From an uncultured bacterium (GTDB taxonomy: Bacteria; Gemmatimonadota; Gemmatimonadetes; Gemmatimonadales; GWC2-71-9), in contig CBFGRM010000004.1 in the NCBI GenBank assembly GCA_965651205.1, positions 14,241 through 78,240 of the forward strand: DNA of 64,000 nucleotides. Reading direction: 5' to 3'. The notes beneath the pieces are model-generated. The model was not told where the DNA came from and ran no database searches. It worked only from the letters and a program-made list of their open reading frames with translations. Below are positions 55,372 through 64,000 of this stretch, one piece after another. A program made the position numbers and the translations under genes. How positions within the stretch are numbered: the first letter of the stretch is position 1; every line of letters starts with the position of its first letter.

Positions 55372-55758
55372 CTATCCCTCGCTGACTGCCGCCACAGCGG
55401 TGATCTCCACCCGACAACCCGGCTTTAGGTCGGCGCCTCCCACAATCGCCCTGGCCGGACGATGCTGGCCGAAATGCCGGGCGCAGGCGCGATTGACGCC
55501 GGCCCAGTCGTCGCGCGAGATCACGAACACCTGCATCGACACGGTCAGCTCGAGCCGGCTTCCGGCGGCATCGAGTATCCGCGAGATGTTGCGAAGCACC
55601 AGGTCGGTCTGCACTTCGGCGTCACCCTCGATCACTGCACCGGTGTCCGGATCGATCGGCAACTGGCCGCTCACGTGGACCAGGCCGTGGCACACGATTG
55701 CCTGGCTGTAGTGGCCCGCCGGCGATGGGGCCCGGTCGGTGTGAACCGGTCGCGGCAT
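55372..55758 (-). CDS. ridA: RidA/YjgF family reactive-intermediate deaminase
   Basis: APSPAGHYSQAIVCHGLVHVSGQLPIDP...ARAIVGGADLKPGCRVEI. Confidence 0.9.
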   Translation of the reverse strand: MPRPVHTDRAPSPAGHYSQAIVCHGLVHVSGQLPIDPDTGAVIEGDAEVQTDLVLRNISRILDAAGSRLELTVSMQVFVISRDDWAGVNRACARHFGQHRPARAIVGGADLKPGCRVEITAVAAVSEG

Positions 55759-56891
55759 CAGGGTTGCCCGGCGCGATGACGCGCAATCAGGTCGCGTACT
55801 TCATCGACCGGCAGCGCTGACACGGTCCGGTTGACCGACCGCACGGTGGTGGCCTGCAGCAGCGAGTTGTAGATCGCCTCCTCCGTGGCCTCGATAGCAG
55901 CCAGGAAGATCGGCGAAATCGCATCGTCAGCCACCACGACGTCGGTGCGTCGTGCCTCGCCGCGCGGCCTGCGCACCGACTCGGCGGTGGAGAAGGCCAG
56001 CACATAGTCGCCCGAGCCGTTGGAGCCATCGGCACCGGTGCGCGCCAGCCCCATCATCCCGCGCGCGGCCAGGCGCTGCAACTGACGTTCGTTGAGGGGT
56101 GCGTCGGTGGCGATCACGATGATCACCGACCCGTCGCCGCGTTCAGTCATAACCGCGTTGCGATACGAGTGGCGGCCGAGTTCCTCGCCCACCGGAATCC
56201 CTTCCATCACCAGCACGCCGCCGTAGTTGGTCTGCACCAGCGCCCCCACCGTGAAGCCGCCGAGTGATTCGGGCAGCCGACGGGATGCGGTGCCGATGCC
56301 GCCCTTCCAGCCGAACGCCGACGTGCCGCGCCCGGCGCCGACACTTCCCTCGGCGACCGGGCCGTCGGTGGCACTCTCGATCGCCTGCACCACCTGTGAC
56401 GGCGTGATCGGCCGATGCCTGATCGCGTTGAGGCCACCGTCGTTGGTTTCGCCCACCACCGCGTTGATGGAGCGGACCCGCTCCATTCCCGGTTGCGCCA
56501 GCATCCAGCCGATCATTGCATCGGCAGCTCGCCACACGCAGAGTGTGCAGGTGAGCAGGATCGGTGTTTCCAGTTCGCCAAGTTCGGCGACTTGCGACAC
56601 GCCGAGAAACTTGCCGAAGCCGTTGCCGACGTGAATTGCCGCGGGCACTCGCTCGAGGAACACGTTGCCGCCGTGCGGCAGGATGGCGGTGACACCGGTG
56701 TTGATCGTGTCGCCGCTGGTCACCGTCACCTGGCCCACGCGAACACCGGCAACGTCGGTGATCGCGTTGAGGGAACCGGGTGGGAAGATGCCGGGTGAAA
56801 GTCCGATGTCACGGGCGCGCGGTCGCGCTTCCTGCGCAGTCACCGGCTGCACCAGCGGCAACAAAAGCAACAGCATCAATGCCGATTTCAC
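55758..56891 (-). CDS. P1/DmpA family aminopeptidase (peptidase S58)
   Basis: Signal peptide. NAITDVAGVRVGQVT...NTGVTAILP and GSVGAGRGT motifs. Confidence 0.85.
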   Translation of the reverse strand: MKSALMLLLLLPLVQPVTAQEARPRARDIGLSPGIFPPGSLNAITDVAGVRVGQVTVTSGDTINTGVTAILPHGGNVFLERVPAAIHVGNGFGKFLGVSQVAELGELETPILLTCTLCVWRAADAMIGWMLAQPGMERVRSINAVVGETNDGGLNAIRHRPITPSQVVQAIESATDGPVAEGSVGAGRGTSAFGWKGGIGTASRRLPESLGGFTVGALVQTNYGGVLVMEGIPVGEELGRHSYRNAVMTERGDGSVIIVIATDAPLNERQLQRLAARGMMGLARTGADGSNGSGDYVLAFSTAESVRRPRGEARRTDVVVADDAISPIFLAAIEATEEAIYNSLLQATTVRSVNRTVSALPVDEVRDLIARHRAGQP

Positions 56892-57226
56892 TTGATTGCT
56901 CCACCGCCGCTGCCGGCCCAGGTGCCGATGCCGGTCATCAGTGTGCCACCGGCCAGGAATGCAACCTGATCCGGCGCGGTGGCCGCGAGTGAGATCCCCA
57001 GTGCCATTCCGACCAGCCCGCCGATTGCCGCACCGCGGCCGCGCTCCGGGTGGAGCACCCGACGCCGCTGGGCAATCGGCACCATCACCAGCACCCCGAT
57101 GGTGCCGACAACACTGGCCAGCACGAACGACACATCGGCCCCGGATGGCATCCCGAGCAGTGCGCCGATCAGCACCGCAATCGCGGGGATGATCGAGGCG
57201 ACGACCAACAGGCGCAGTGTCGCCAC
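56888..57226 (-). CDS. Hypothetical small membrane protein
   Basis: GTG 57226 lies 1 nt after the upstream stop. About 4 hydrophobic segments rich in Gly/Ala. No motif recognised. Confidence 0.5.
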   Translation of the reverse strand: MATLRLLVVASIIPAIAVLIGALLGMPSGADVSFVLASVVGTIGVLVMVPIAQRRRVLHPERGRGAAIGGLVGMALGISLAATAPDQVAFLAGGTLMTGIGTWAGSGGGAIK

Positions 57227-57227
57227 G

Positions 57228-57644
57228 TCAGGGCTGCCGCATCGAGAGTGACTGACGTCCGCCGCCCAGCGCGAACAGGGGCGTGCCCAGCACACCCGCC
57301 AACCACAGCCAGGTCGGATGGGGCAGCCCGGTGAGTTCCGAGAACACGTAAATCGTGGCGATGATGGCGAACAGCCACACCACAGCGGCTGATTCCGAGG
57401 TGCGGATAGCGATGGTGCCTCCGGCGTAGGCGGCCAGCCACCAGCCCAGCACCATCAGGCCGAGCCGGATCATCGGGAACTGACCGGCCTCCAGCGCACG
57501 CCTTATCGACTCCGGATCGGTGACGTCAATCGAAGCTGGCAGCGGGTGTACCTGGGCACTGATTTCCTCGATCGCCAACACGATCACGGCGGCGACGATG
57601 AGGGCTGCCAAAAGGCCGATGATGCTTCTTGCGGCTTGCGACAT
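57228..57644 (-). CDS. Hypothetical membrane protein
   Basis: ATG 57644: MSQAARSIIGLLAALIVAAVIVLAIEE..., with 3-4 TM segments. Confidence 0.55.
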   Translation of the reverse strand: MSQAARSIIGLLAALIVAAVIVLAIEEISAQVHPLPASIDVTDPESIRRALEAGQFPMIRLGLMVLGWWLAAYAGGTIAIRTSESAAVVWLFAIIATIYVFSELTGLPHPTWLWLAGVLGTPLFALGGGRQSLSMRQP

Positions 57645-57719
57645 CTGGTTCCCGTGTCCGAGGGCTGGACCTAAGGATGGCACATCCCGCCGGGATCGGC
57701 CACCCCTTCACCCGGGACG

Positions 57720-58562
57720 TCAGCGCGCGGAGAAGGTATCGCAGTTGCGGGGATCGCCGCTGTCGAAGCCGCGCTTGAACCACGTCATCCGCTGTTCCGA
57801 GGTGCCGTGAGTGAAGGTCTCCGGCTGCACCTCGGCCCCTGCGGTGCGCTGCAGCCGGTCGTCACCCACTGCTGCTGCGGCGGTCAGCCCCTCCTGAAGG
57901 TCGCCCGGTTCGAGTCGACCGTCGCGTGCCGCCTGGGCCGCCCAGATCCCGGCGTAGCAGTCGGCCTGCAGCTCGAGCCGGACCGACAGCGCGTTGGTCT
58001 GGTCGGGACGCCGCCGCGACGCCTCGGCCACTGCGGCGTTGGACCCCTCGAGGTTCTGGACGTGGTGACCGATCTCGTGTGCCAGCACATACGCCTCGGC
58101 GAAGTCACCCGGCGCGCCGAATCGCTGCGAGAGTTCGTCGTAGAACCCGAGGTCGATGTACACCTTTTCATCGGCCGGACAATAGAACGGGCCGGTGGCC
58201 GAACCTGCGGTGCCACAGGCGGAGGACACCGCGTTGCGGAACAGCACCAGCCGGGCGTCGCGCCAGGCCGTGCCGGTCTGCGGCAGCAGTCGGGCCCACA
58301 TCGCCTGGGCGTCGTCGAGCACGAAGGAGACGAACCGCACCTTTTCTTCCTCGGCCGGATCATCCAGCGGTGCCGCCTCGGTGGCCGCCACTGGTGCGTT
58401 CTGTTGCACGGCACCGATCAGCGTGAGCGGGTTCTGCTTCGTGATCAGGGCGAACAGAACCACCAGGACCACGCCACCGAGTCCCAGTCCGCCGGCCCTG
58501 CGCATCCCGCCGCCACGACGGTCCTCGAGATTGGCCGAGCGGCCACGACGTTCCCAACGCAT
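57720..58562 (-). CDS. Neutral zinc metallopeptidase (YpfJ-like)
   Basis: N-terminal MRWERRGRSANLEDRRGGG and a TM helix, then AYVLAHEIGHHVQN. Confidence 0.85.
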   Translation of the reverse strand: MRWERRGRSANLEDRRGGGMRRAGGLGLGGVVLVVLFALITKQNPLTLIGAVQQNAPVAATEAAPLDDPAEEEKVRFVSFVLDDAQAMWARLLPQTGTAWRDARLVLFRNAVSSACGTAGSATGPFYCPADEKVYIDLGFYDELSQRFGAPGDFAEAYVLAHEIGHHVQNLEGSNAAVAEASRRRPDQTNALSVRLELQADCYAGIWAAQAARDGRLEPGDLQEGLTAAAAVGDDRLQRTAGAEVQPETFTHGTSEQRMTWFKRGFDSGDPRNCDTFSAR

Positions 58563-58576
58563 CCAAGCCCCCCCGT

Positions 58577-61282
58577 TTACCGGTCTCGTGCCTCCCGCCC
58601 GCTGCCCACCCGGAGCAGATATCGCGGGTCATCCCTTGCCGATGCAAAGTCGTGCCATACCTGTCCGTGGCGCCAGTGCCAGCCACTCACCCCGGTGTTC
58701 CGGGCCTGCGCCAGCAGCAGCAATGCGCGATCGGTGGCACCCGCTACTGCTGCAACCCGGGCGCGCCCCAACAGGATGTCACCCAGATCCCACGGTTCGC
58801 CCTGTTCGAGCAGCCGGGCTGCACGGGTGGTGTCCCCCATCCGCGCCGCGAGAACCGCCACCGCGGTGCGATTGCCCAGCCGGTCACCCAACCGGATCAG
58901 TCGCGCCTCGGCCAACTCGCGGGCCTGCTGCCATTTCTGCTGGCCCCAGAGTGCTGCCAGCAACCAGTAGCCGTGCGCATCGCTGTCGGGGTCGGCTGCG
59001 AGTCGCCTTCGAAGCCAGCGTTCGCCATCCGCAAAATAGGCTGTGGCGGCCTCGGCGTGCCCGTGGGCCTGCAACTCCTCGCCTGCCACCACTCGCATCG
59101 CTCCCTGCGACCAGTAGACATTGTCCGGCAACGGTTCCGCCGCTGCCAGCAGCGAATCAAGCCGCTGACGATCGCCCATCGCAGCCATTGCCCGCGCCTG
59201 GATCACCCAGGCCACCCGCTGTCCCGGGTGTCGCCTCGTCATCTCCAGGGCGTCGGCGATTTCAGCGCGATGATCGCCAAGCTGGTGATGGGCGTAGCTG
59301 CGCTGGCTCCAGTATGCGGGCCAGCCGCGCATCGGTCCCAGGTCGGGGTCGAGTGAATCGAGTTGTGCCAGGGCCTCCGCTGGCCGGTCGAGACTGCCGA
59401 GCGAGTGGGCGACGTTGTAACGCGCGCGCGAACCGGGCGCGGCCTCTGCTGCGCGCATTGCGGCCTCGAGTGCCGTCGGCGTGTCGCCCCGCAAGCCCGC
59501 CGCGATGAACTCCGTCATCGCAAGCTGGTAGCTGCTGATAGCATTGCGGCGCAACATCACCTGCCGCACCAGCGAATCGGCCAGCGGCATATCGCTGTCG
59601 TTCCACGCCGCGTACGCCGCGCTCACCAGTGCGGCAGTGAAGGTGGTGTCGAGTCGCCAGGCGGCTATCATCTCGTCGTATGCGTCGCGATACCGGTAGG
59701 CATTGAAGTCGTCCATCGCCACGTCGTACACGCGGTACGCGGCATAGGTGGGCGGATGCTCGGCGAAGGCGCCCCTCTCGGGCAGGCGGTCGTCGCGGTG
59801 CATCGCCAGCGCACCCAGCAACCTTTCGCGCAACAAACGGATTCCGACGGTGGCAGAGTCGCGGTGCACGCTCACCAACGGCGTCGCCGTGAGCACCAGA
59901 TCATCGCGAACATCGACAATCTCGGCCTGCAGGTGAAGCGTGTCTCCGGTGGCATAGATGCGCCCCTGCACCAGGGTGCCGGCGCCGGTCCGGCGGACGA
60001 TCGCGTCCGCCTGGCTGGTACCGTCAGCCTCGGCAGCGGCGGCACGCGAGGCAGTCCAGGCAACCACCTTCAGTCCACCGGCCTCGTGCAGGCCCTGCGT
60101 GATCCAGTCGCCGCCCAGGCGACCGAGCGCTGCCAGGGTGGAGTCACCGGTTTCGTCCACCAGCGGAGCCACCGCAATCGGCTGCACCAGTCGATCCACC
60201 CGGAGGGGTGGCTCGCCTCGAAAGCCCCACCACCCCACCGACACGACAATTGCCAACGCTGCCACCAGCCAGGGCCAGCGCGGGCTCCGGGGTGCCACCG
60301 GAGCGAGCATCGCCTCCAGGGCCGTCGCCAGGCTGCGCGCCCTCGGCGGCCGCTCAGCGGGATCGACCTGGAGCGCCGCTTCTATCAGCGCGATCAGCGC
60401 TGGCGGCACATCGGGATTGTCGATCCGGCTGGTCGCCACACCGCGCTTGCCGGTAAGCATCTCGCGCGCGAGCAGTCCCCAAGCGTAGATGTCGGTCCGG
60501 TGATCCACCGGCGCGCCAGCGGCCTGCTCCGGAGCCATATACCCGGGCGTGCCGATGGCGAATGTCGGATCGGTGCGCGCATCGGCACTGACAGGCGCCG
60601 GGTTGTCGATCTTGGCCACTCCGAAGTCGAGCAGGAACGCGTGACCACCCACTGAGAGCACATTGTCGGGCTTGAGGTCGCGGTGAACAACACCAGCCTC
60701 GTGCGCGTACGCGAGGGCGTCGGCGATGTCACGCAGCAGCGCGATGGTGGCGTGGACCGGTTGGGCCCCCGACTGGTCGAGTCGCTGCCGCAGCGTCACG
60801 CCTCCCACATACGGCATCACGTAGTAGCGCAACCCGTCGGCCTCGCCCGAGTCTATCAGCGCAAGGATGTGGGGATGACTGAGCCGGGCGGCAATGCTCA
60901 CCTCGTCCGCAAAACGACGCGGACCGATCGCCGCCGCGAGCCCCGGCTGCAGCACCTTGATGGCAATCTGGCGATCGTGCTTGACCTCGCGGGCCAGGTA
61001 CACCGACGACATCCCGCCACTGCCCAGCAGTTCGCCCAGTTCATACCGACCGACAAGCGCACGCTGCAATCTGGCGCGCAGATCCTCCTCCGGCAGGTTC
61101 ACTGCCCGATGATCAAGCACGCCCACTCGTTCGTGAGCACGCAGCATCCGCTGCACCTCATCGAGCAGGTCGGGGTCGTCGCCGGCTGCGGTGGTGAGCC
61201 ACTCGACACGTCGGTCGGCCGGATGCTCCAGTGCCTGCTCGAACAGCGATTCCACGCGTGCCCACCGCGCGGGATCGGTCAC
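58577..61282 (-). CDS. Ser/Thr protein kinase with a TM helix and a large extracytoplasmic TPR-containing region (901 aa)
   Basis: GSGGMSSVYLA...AIKVL, HRDLKPDNVL, DFGVAK, GTPGYMAPE. TM helix WPWLVAALAIVVSVGWWGF. TPR-like C-terminus. Confidence 0.9.
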   Translation of the reverse strand: MTDPARWARVESLFEQALEHPADRRVEWLTTAAGDDPDLLDEVQRMLRAHERVGVLDHRAVNLPEEDLRARLQRALVGRYELGELLGSGGMSSVYLAREVKHDRQIAIKVLQPGLAAAIGPRRFADEVSIAARLSHPHILALIDSGEADGLRYYVMPYVGGVTLRQRLDQSGAQPVHATIALLRDIADALAYAHEAGVVHRDLKPDNVLSVGGHAFLLDFGVAKIDNPAPVSADARTDPTFAIGTPGYMAPEQAAGAPVDHRTDIYAWGLLAREMLTGKRGVATSRIDNPDVPPALIALIEAALQVDPAERPPRARSLATALEAMLAPVAPRSPRWPWLVAALAIVVSVGWWGFRGEPPLRVDRLVQPIAVAPLVDETGDSTLAALGRLGGDWITQGLHEAGGLKVVAWTASRAAAAEADGTSQADAIVRRTGAGTLVQGRIYATGDTLHLQAEIVDVRDDLVLTATPLVSVHRDSATVGIRLLRERLLGALAMHRDDRLPERGAFAEHPPTYAAYRVYDVAMDDFNAYRYRDAYDEMIAAWRLDTTFTAALVSAAYAAWNDSDMPLADSLVRQVMLRRNAISSYQLAMTEFIAAGLRGDTPTALEAAMRAAEAAPGSRARYNVAHSLGSLDRPAEALAQLDSLDPDLGPMRGWPAYWSQRSYAHHQLGDHRAEIADALEMTRRHPGQRVAWVIQARAMAAMGDRQRLDSLLAAAEPLPDNVYWSQGAMRVVAGEELQAHGHAEAATAYFADGERWLRRRLAADPDSDAHGYWLLAALWGQQKWQQARELAEARLIRLGDRLGNRTAVAVLAARMGDTTRAARLLEQGEPWDLGDILLGRARVAAVAGATDRALLLLAQARNTGVSGWHWRHGQVWHDFASARDDPRYLLRVGSGREARDR

Positions 61283-61899
61283 GGATCCTCCCGCTCGGCA
61301 TCGAGTTCGGCGTGCAGCCAGGCGCGGGCCTTGGCCCAGTCGCGCTGCACGGTGCGGGTTGTGACACCCAGGCTGCGGGCGGTCTCGTCCTCGGACAGGC
61401 CCGCGAAGAAGCGCAGCTCCACGACTCGCGCCAACCGCTCGCTGCGAGCGGCGAGTCGGGTCAGTGCGTCGTCGACCGCTATCAGGTCGTCGAGCGGTAC
61501 CGCGAAGCCGAGACGGTCATCGGCAATCGCGAGCTCGATCGCCTCGCCGCCACCGCGCTTGAGAGTGAGGCGGCGGCGGGCGTGATCTACCAGGATCTGG
61601 CGCATCGCGCGCGCAGCAATGGCAAGGAAGTGAACCCGGTCGACCGGACGTGGTGCATTGGGTCCCGCCAGCTTGAACCACGCCTCGTGCACCAGCGCGG
61701 TGGGCTGCAGGGTATGACCCACCGCCTCGATCCGGAGCAGTCGGTCTGCGATCTCGCGCAACTCGCCATAGAGCCGCGGGAAAAGTTCCTCGGCGCGCTC
61801 GTCGGATTCCGGTTCGGAAAAGCCAGATTCGTCCATCAGCCGACCCAGATCGGTAGGATGATCAAGAATATACCGTCCGGTACCGTGCCAGCGGCTCAC
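61279..61899 (-). CDS. ECF-type sigma factor of the kinase-associated class
   Basis: GTG 61899 overlaps the upstream stop (GTGA), and its own stop overlaps the kinase start (ATGA). ELFPRLYGELREIADRLL...GHTLQPTALVHEAWFKL...DRVHFLAIAARAMRQILVDHARRR...KRGGG. Region 4 LSEDETARSLGVTTRTVQRDW. Confidence 0.85.
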   Translation of the reverse strand: MSRWHGTGRYILDHPTDLGRLMDESGFSEPESDERAEELFPRLYGELREIADRLLRIEAVGHTLQPTALVHEAWFKLAGPNAPRPVDRVHFLAIAARAMRQILVDHARRRLTLKRGGGEAIELAIADDRLGFAVPLDDLIAVDDALTRLAARSERLARVVELRFFAGLSEDETARSLGVTTRTVQRDWAKARAWLHAELDAEREDP

Positions 61900-62834
61900 G
61901 GCGCGCCCCGTTCAAGTGGCGGGTGGGCCGCGGCGGCATCGAGGAACTCCTGCCACTCTGCCCACAGCCCCGCAATCACGCCGGTGCGGAAGAAGCCGAA
62001 GTGCCCGATCCGATCGGCCTGTCCCGCCGGGGTCAGATGGCGATGAACCACCGAGGCGGCCCGGCGATATTCGCGCAGCAGCGCCTTCACTGCCGCATCG
62101 GGGGCGATCGGGTCGTCGCTGGCAGAGTAGGCCAGCACCGGGGCAGTCACGTCATCGAGGCCCCGCCATTGATCGTGGTAACCGGGACTCCGGCACCAGC
62201 GGGCCCATTCCAGCGCCACTCCCTCGGGCAACGGCTCGCCCATTCCGAACCAGTGCGACGGGAAGCTGTGGCGCAGGCGAGCGAGAAGCGGTACCACCAC
62301 GTACCAGAACGGCCCGAGCAGCAGCCGCTGCCGCCACGACCAGTGACCGAGCCAGCCGTGCTGGGAGCCGACCAGGATGATGGCATCGAGCCGCGACGAG
62401 TTGCTGGCCAGCGCCACCGCCTGACCGCCGAACGAGTGCGCAACCAGCACCACCGGATCACCTGCGGCCCTCTGCTCAGCCCAGGAAATCGCCGCAGCCA
62501 GGTCCTCGCTTCCCCAGCGACTCATCGAGAGCCGGGGTTCACAGTGGGCGATCCCGAAGCCGGACTCCGCGATGCCGCGCCAGTCCCAGGTGAGCACGTC
62601 CCAGCCGTCTGCGGCAGCGTGGCAGGCGTAGTCGCGATAGAAGCGCTGCGGGACCCCGACCGCACCGGCTATCAGCATCACGCCTCGTCGTTGGCCCCGG
62701 GCCTTGAACCGCGTGCCAGCGATCGGACAGCCGTCGTCGGGACAGATGACCAGCGACGCGATGGCTGCACCACCGGTACTGCCGGAATCGAGGGGCATCG
62801 GGGCGGTCTCCGCCTGGAACGGGTATGGGGGCAC
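61896..62834 (-). CDS. Alpha/beta hydrolase
   Basis: Nucleophile elbow VLVAHSFGGQ and a distal His (DRIGHFGFF). The alternative start is ATG 62798. Confidence 0.7.
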   Translation of the reverse strand: MPPYPFQAETAPMPLDSGSTGGAAIASLVICPDDGCPIAGTRFKARGQRRGVMLIAGAVGVPQRFYRDYACHAAADGWDVLTWDWRGIAESGFGIAHCEPRLSMSRWGSEDLAAAISWAEQRAAGDPVVLVAHSFGGQAVALASNSSRLDAIILVGSQHGWLGHWSWRQRLLLGPFWYVVVPLLARLRHSFPSHWFGMGEPLPEGVALEWARWCRSPGYHDQWRGLDDVTAPVLAYSASDDPIAPDAAVKALLREYRRAASVVHRHLTPAGQADRIGHFGFFRTGVIAGLWAEWQEFLDAAAAHPPLERGAP

Positions 62835-62874
62835 AGGCCTTGATGCGGCGACCGCGCCCCGAACCCGACATTCC

Positions 62875-63588
62875 TCAGCGCGGTACGGTCAGGATCCGTT
62901 CCCAGCGGATGGCGGTAAGGAACGGCAGCGGCTTCCAGCTCGATGGATCCCAACTGTAGTAGATCAGCACCGGCGTGCCGCGGACGTTCTTGCGGGGGAC
63001 CAGTCCCCAGAAGCGCGAGTCACGCGACTGGTCGCGGTGATCGCCCATCATCCAGAGCGAATCCCGCGGCACCAGCAACGGACCCCAGTCGTGAACGTCG
63101 GGGAGATAGCTGTCGGCTGAGTCGCCGACATAGTGAGGCAACTGCATCGACCGCATCATCTGCCGCGTGCCGGGGTCGACGTGCCAGGTGGGCTCGGTGG
63201 ACTGTGCATATGGTTCCTCGAGCGGCGTGCCGTTGCGGAACAGCACGCCAGCCCGCATTTCCACCGTGTCACCACCGACACCGATCAACCGCTTGACCAG
63301 CATCGAGTCCTCGACCGGCGACTTGAACACCACGATGTCACCGCGACGCGGTTCGCGGACCGCTGGTGTGCGGACGTCGATCAGCGGCACCTTGGCGCCG
63401 TACAGGAACTTGTTCACGAACAGCACGTCACCCACCATCAGGGTGCGCTCCATACTCGGGCTCGGGATCCGGTATGCCTGGATCACGAAGCTGGTGAGCA
63501 GCACCCACGCGACTACCGTCCAGACGATGGCCTTGATCCATTCCTTCAGCTTGTCGTTGCTCGACTTGGCCTGTTCCGGCTTGGTCAT
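62875..63588 (-). CDS. lepB: Signal peptidase I
   Basis: ATG 63588 overlaps the msrA stop (ATGA). IPSPSMERTL (Ser box), GDVLFVNK, GDHRDQSRDSRFWG. Confidence 0.9.
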   Translation of the reverse strand: MTKPEQAKSSNDKLKEWIKAIVWTVVAWVLLTSFVIQAYRIPSPSMERTLMVGDVLFVNKFLYGAKVPLIDVRTPAVREPRRGDIVVFKSPVEDSMLVKRLIGVGGDTVEMRAGVLFRNGTPLEEPYAQSTEPTWHVDPGTRQMMRSMQLPHYVGDSADSYLPDVHDWGPLLVPRDSLWMMGDHRDQSRDSRFWGLVPRKNVRGTPVLIYYSWDPSSWKPLPFLTAIRWERILTVPR

Positions 63589-64000
63589 TCCGGCATCACC
63601 TTGAGTCGGTGGCTCCACTTGCTCCGCAGCTTGGCGACCTTGGGCGCGATGGTGGCCTGGCAGTACGCCGAACCCGGGTTGAGTCTGAAGTAGGTCCGGT
63701 GATACGCCTCTGCGGGCCAGAATGTTTCGAGCGGTTGCACGGTGGTGACGATCGGATCAGCGAAAGTGTCCGCCAGTGATGCGATCATCTCGCGCGCCTC
63801 GCGCGCCTGCTCGGCGTCGATCGCGAAGATCGCCGAGCGATACTGGCTGCCCACATCGGGGCCCTGACGATCGAGCGTGGTGGGGTCGTGGAAGGCGAAG
63901 TAGATCTCGAGAATCTCGCGATAGCCGATCACGCTCGGGTCGAAAGTCACCCGCACCACCTCGGCGTGGCCGGTGGTGCCGCTGCACACCTGCTCGTAGG
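63585..64000 (-). CDS. msrA: Peptide-methionine (S)-S-oxide reductase MsrA (N-terminus beyond the window end)
   Basis: ...YEQVCSGTTGHAEVVRVTFDP...GPDVGSQYRSAIF...AEAYHRTYF. The frame is open to position 64000. Confidence 0.9.
   Translation of the reverse strand, partial: YEQVCSGTTGHAEVVRVTFDPSVIGYREILEIYFAFHDPTTLDRQGPDVGSQYRSAIFAIDAEQAREAREMIASLADTFADPIVTTVQPLETFWPAEAYHRTYFRLNPGSAYCQATIAPKVAKLRSKWSHRLKVMPE

Overview
High-GC (roughly two-thirds G+C by eye), gene-dense bacterial chromosomal segment with about 70 CDS. I found no rRNA, tRNA, CRISPR array, transposase, integrase or long repeat, so it reads as core chromosome, not an island. Gene content suggests a diderm of the Gemmatimonadota/Acidobacteriota type: TamA/TamB, Lgt, a PorX-like REC-PglZ regulator, TAT-exported Gfo/Idh/MocA and FGE-family genes, and an ECF sigma factor coupled to a Ser/Thr kinase. 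No phylogenetic placement is possible here. All functions come from motifs recognised by eye in the supplied translations; no database search was run. Layout: (1) 620-16649, almost all + strand housekeeping: GT9, yebC, ruvCAB, queA, tgt, yajC, def, fmt, thiESG, rsmB, a PASTA protein, rpe, two TlpA-like proteins, tsaD, lgt. (2) 16883-30393, all - strand: a cytochrome c-FTR1 fusion, then a tightly coupled chain tamA-tamB-lipid kinase-bEBP regulator-8-Cys microprotein-NlpC/P60-HAD-hypothetical-acpS. (3) 30587-38483, + strand: dacB, fprA-like, PduO-type adenosyltransferase, aroB, a sigma-70 family factor, a FAD oxidoreductase, ygfZ. (4) 38552-64000, mixed strand, envelope, redox and stress genes. 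Points most worth a second look: an orphan roughly 150-nt structured RNA with a near-consensus promoter and strong terminator (16670-16853); a TANNNT hexamer exactly 6-7 nt upstream of many operon-leading start codons, implying leaderless mRNAs, including two divergent pairs that share a palindromic -10; an NtrC-type regulator lacking GAFTGA and with an altered Walker B, heading an overlapping-gene chain that includes an 8-Cys microprotein; zinc-ribbon microproteins in conserved operons; a kinase-less PASTA protein in the PrkC synteny slot; a coding-like small ORF with no stop before the next gene (49349-49578); and an anti-sigma-less ECF sigma/Ser-Thr kinase module.
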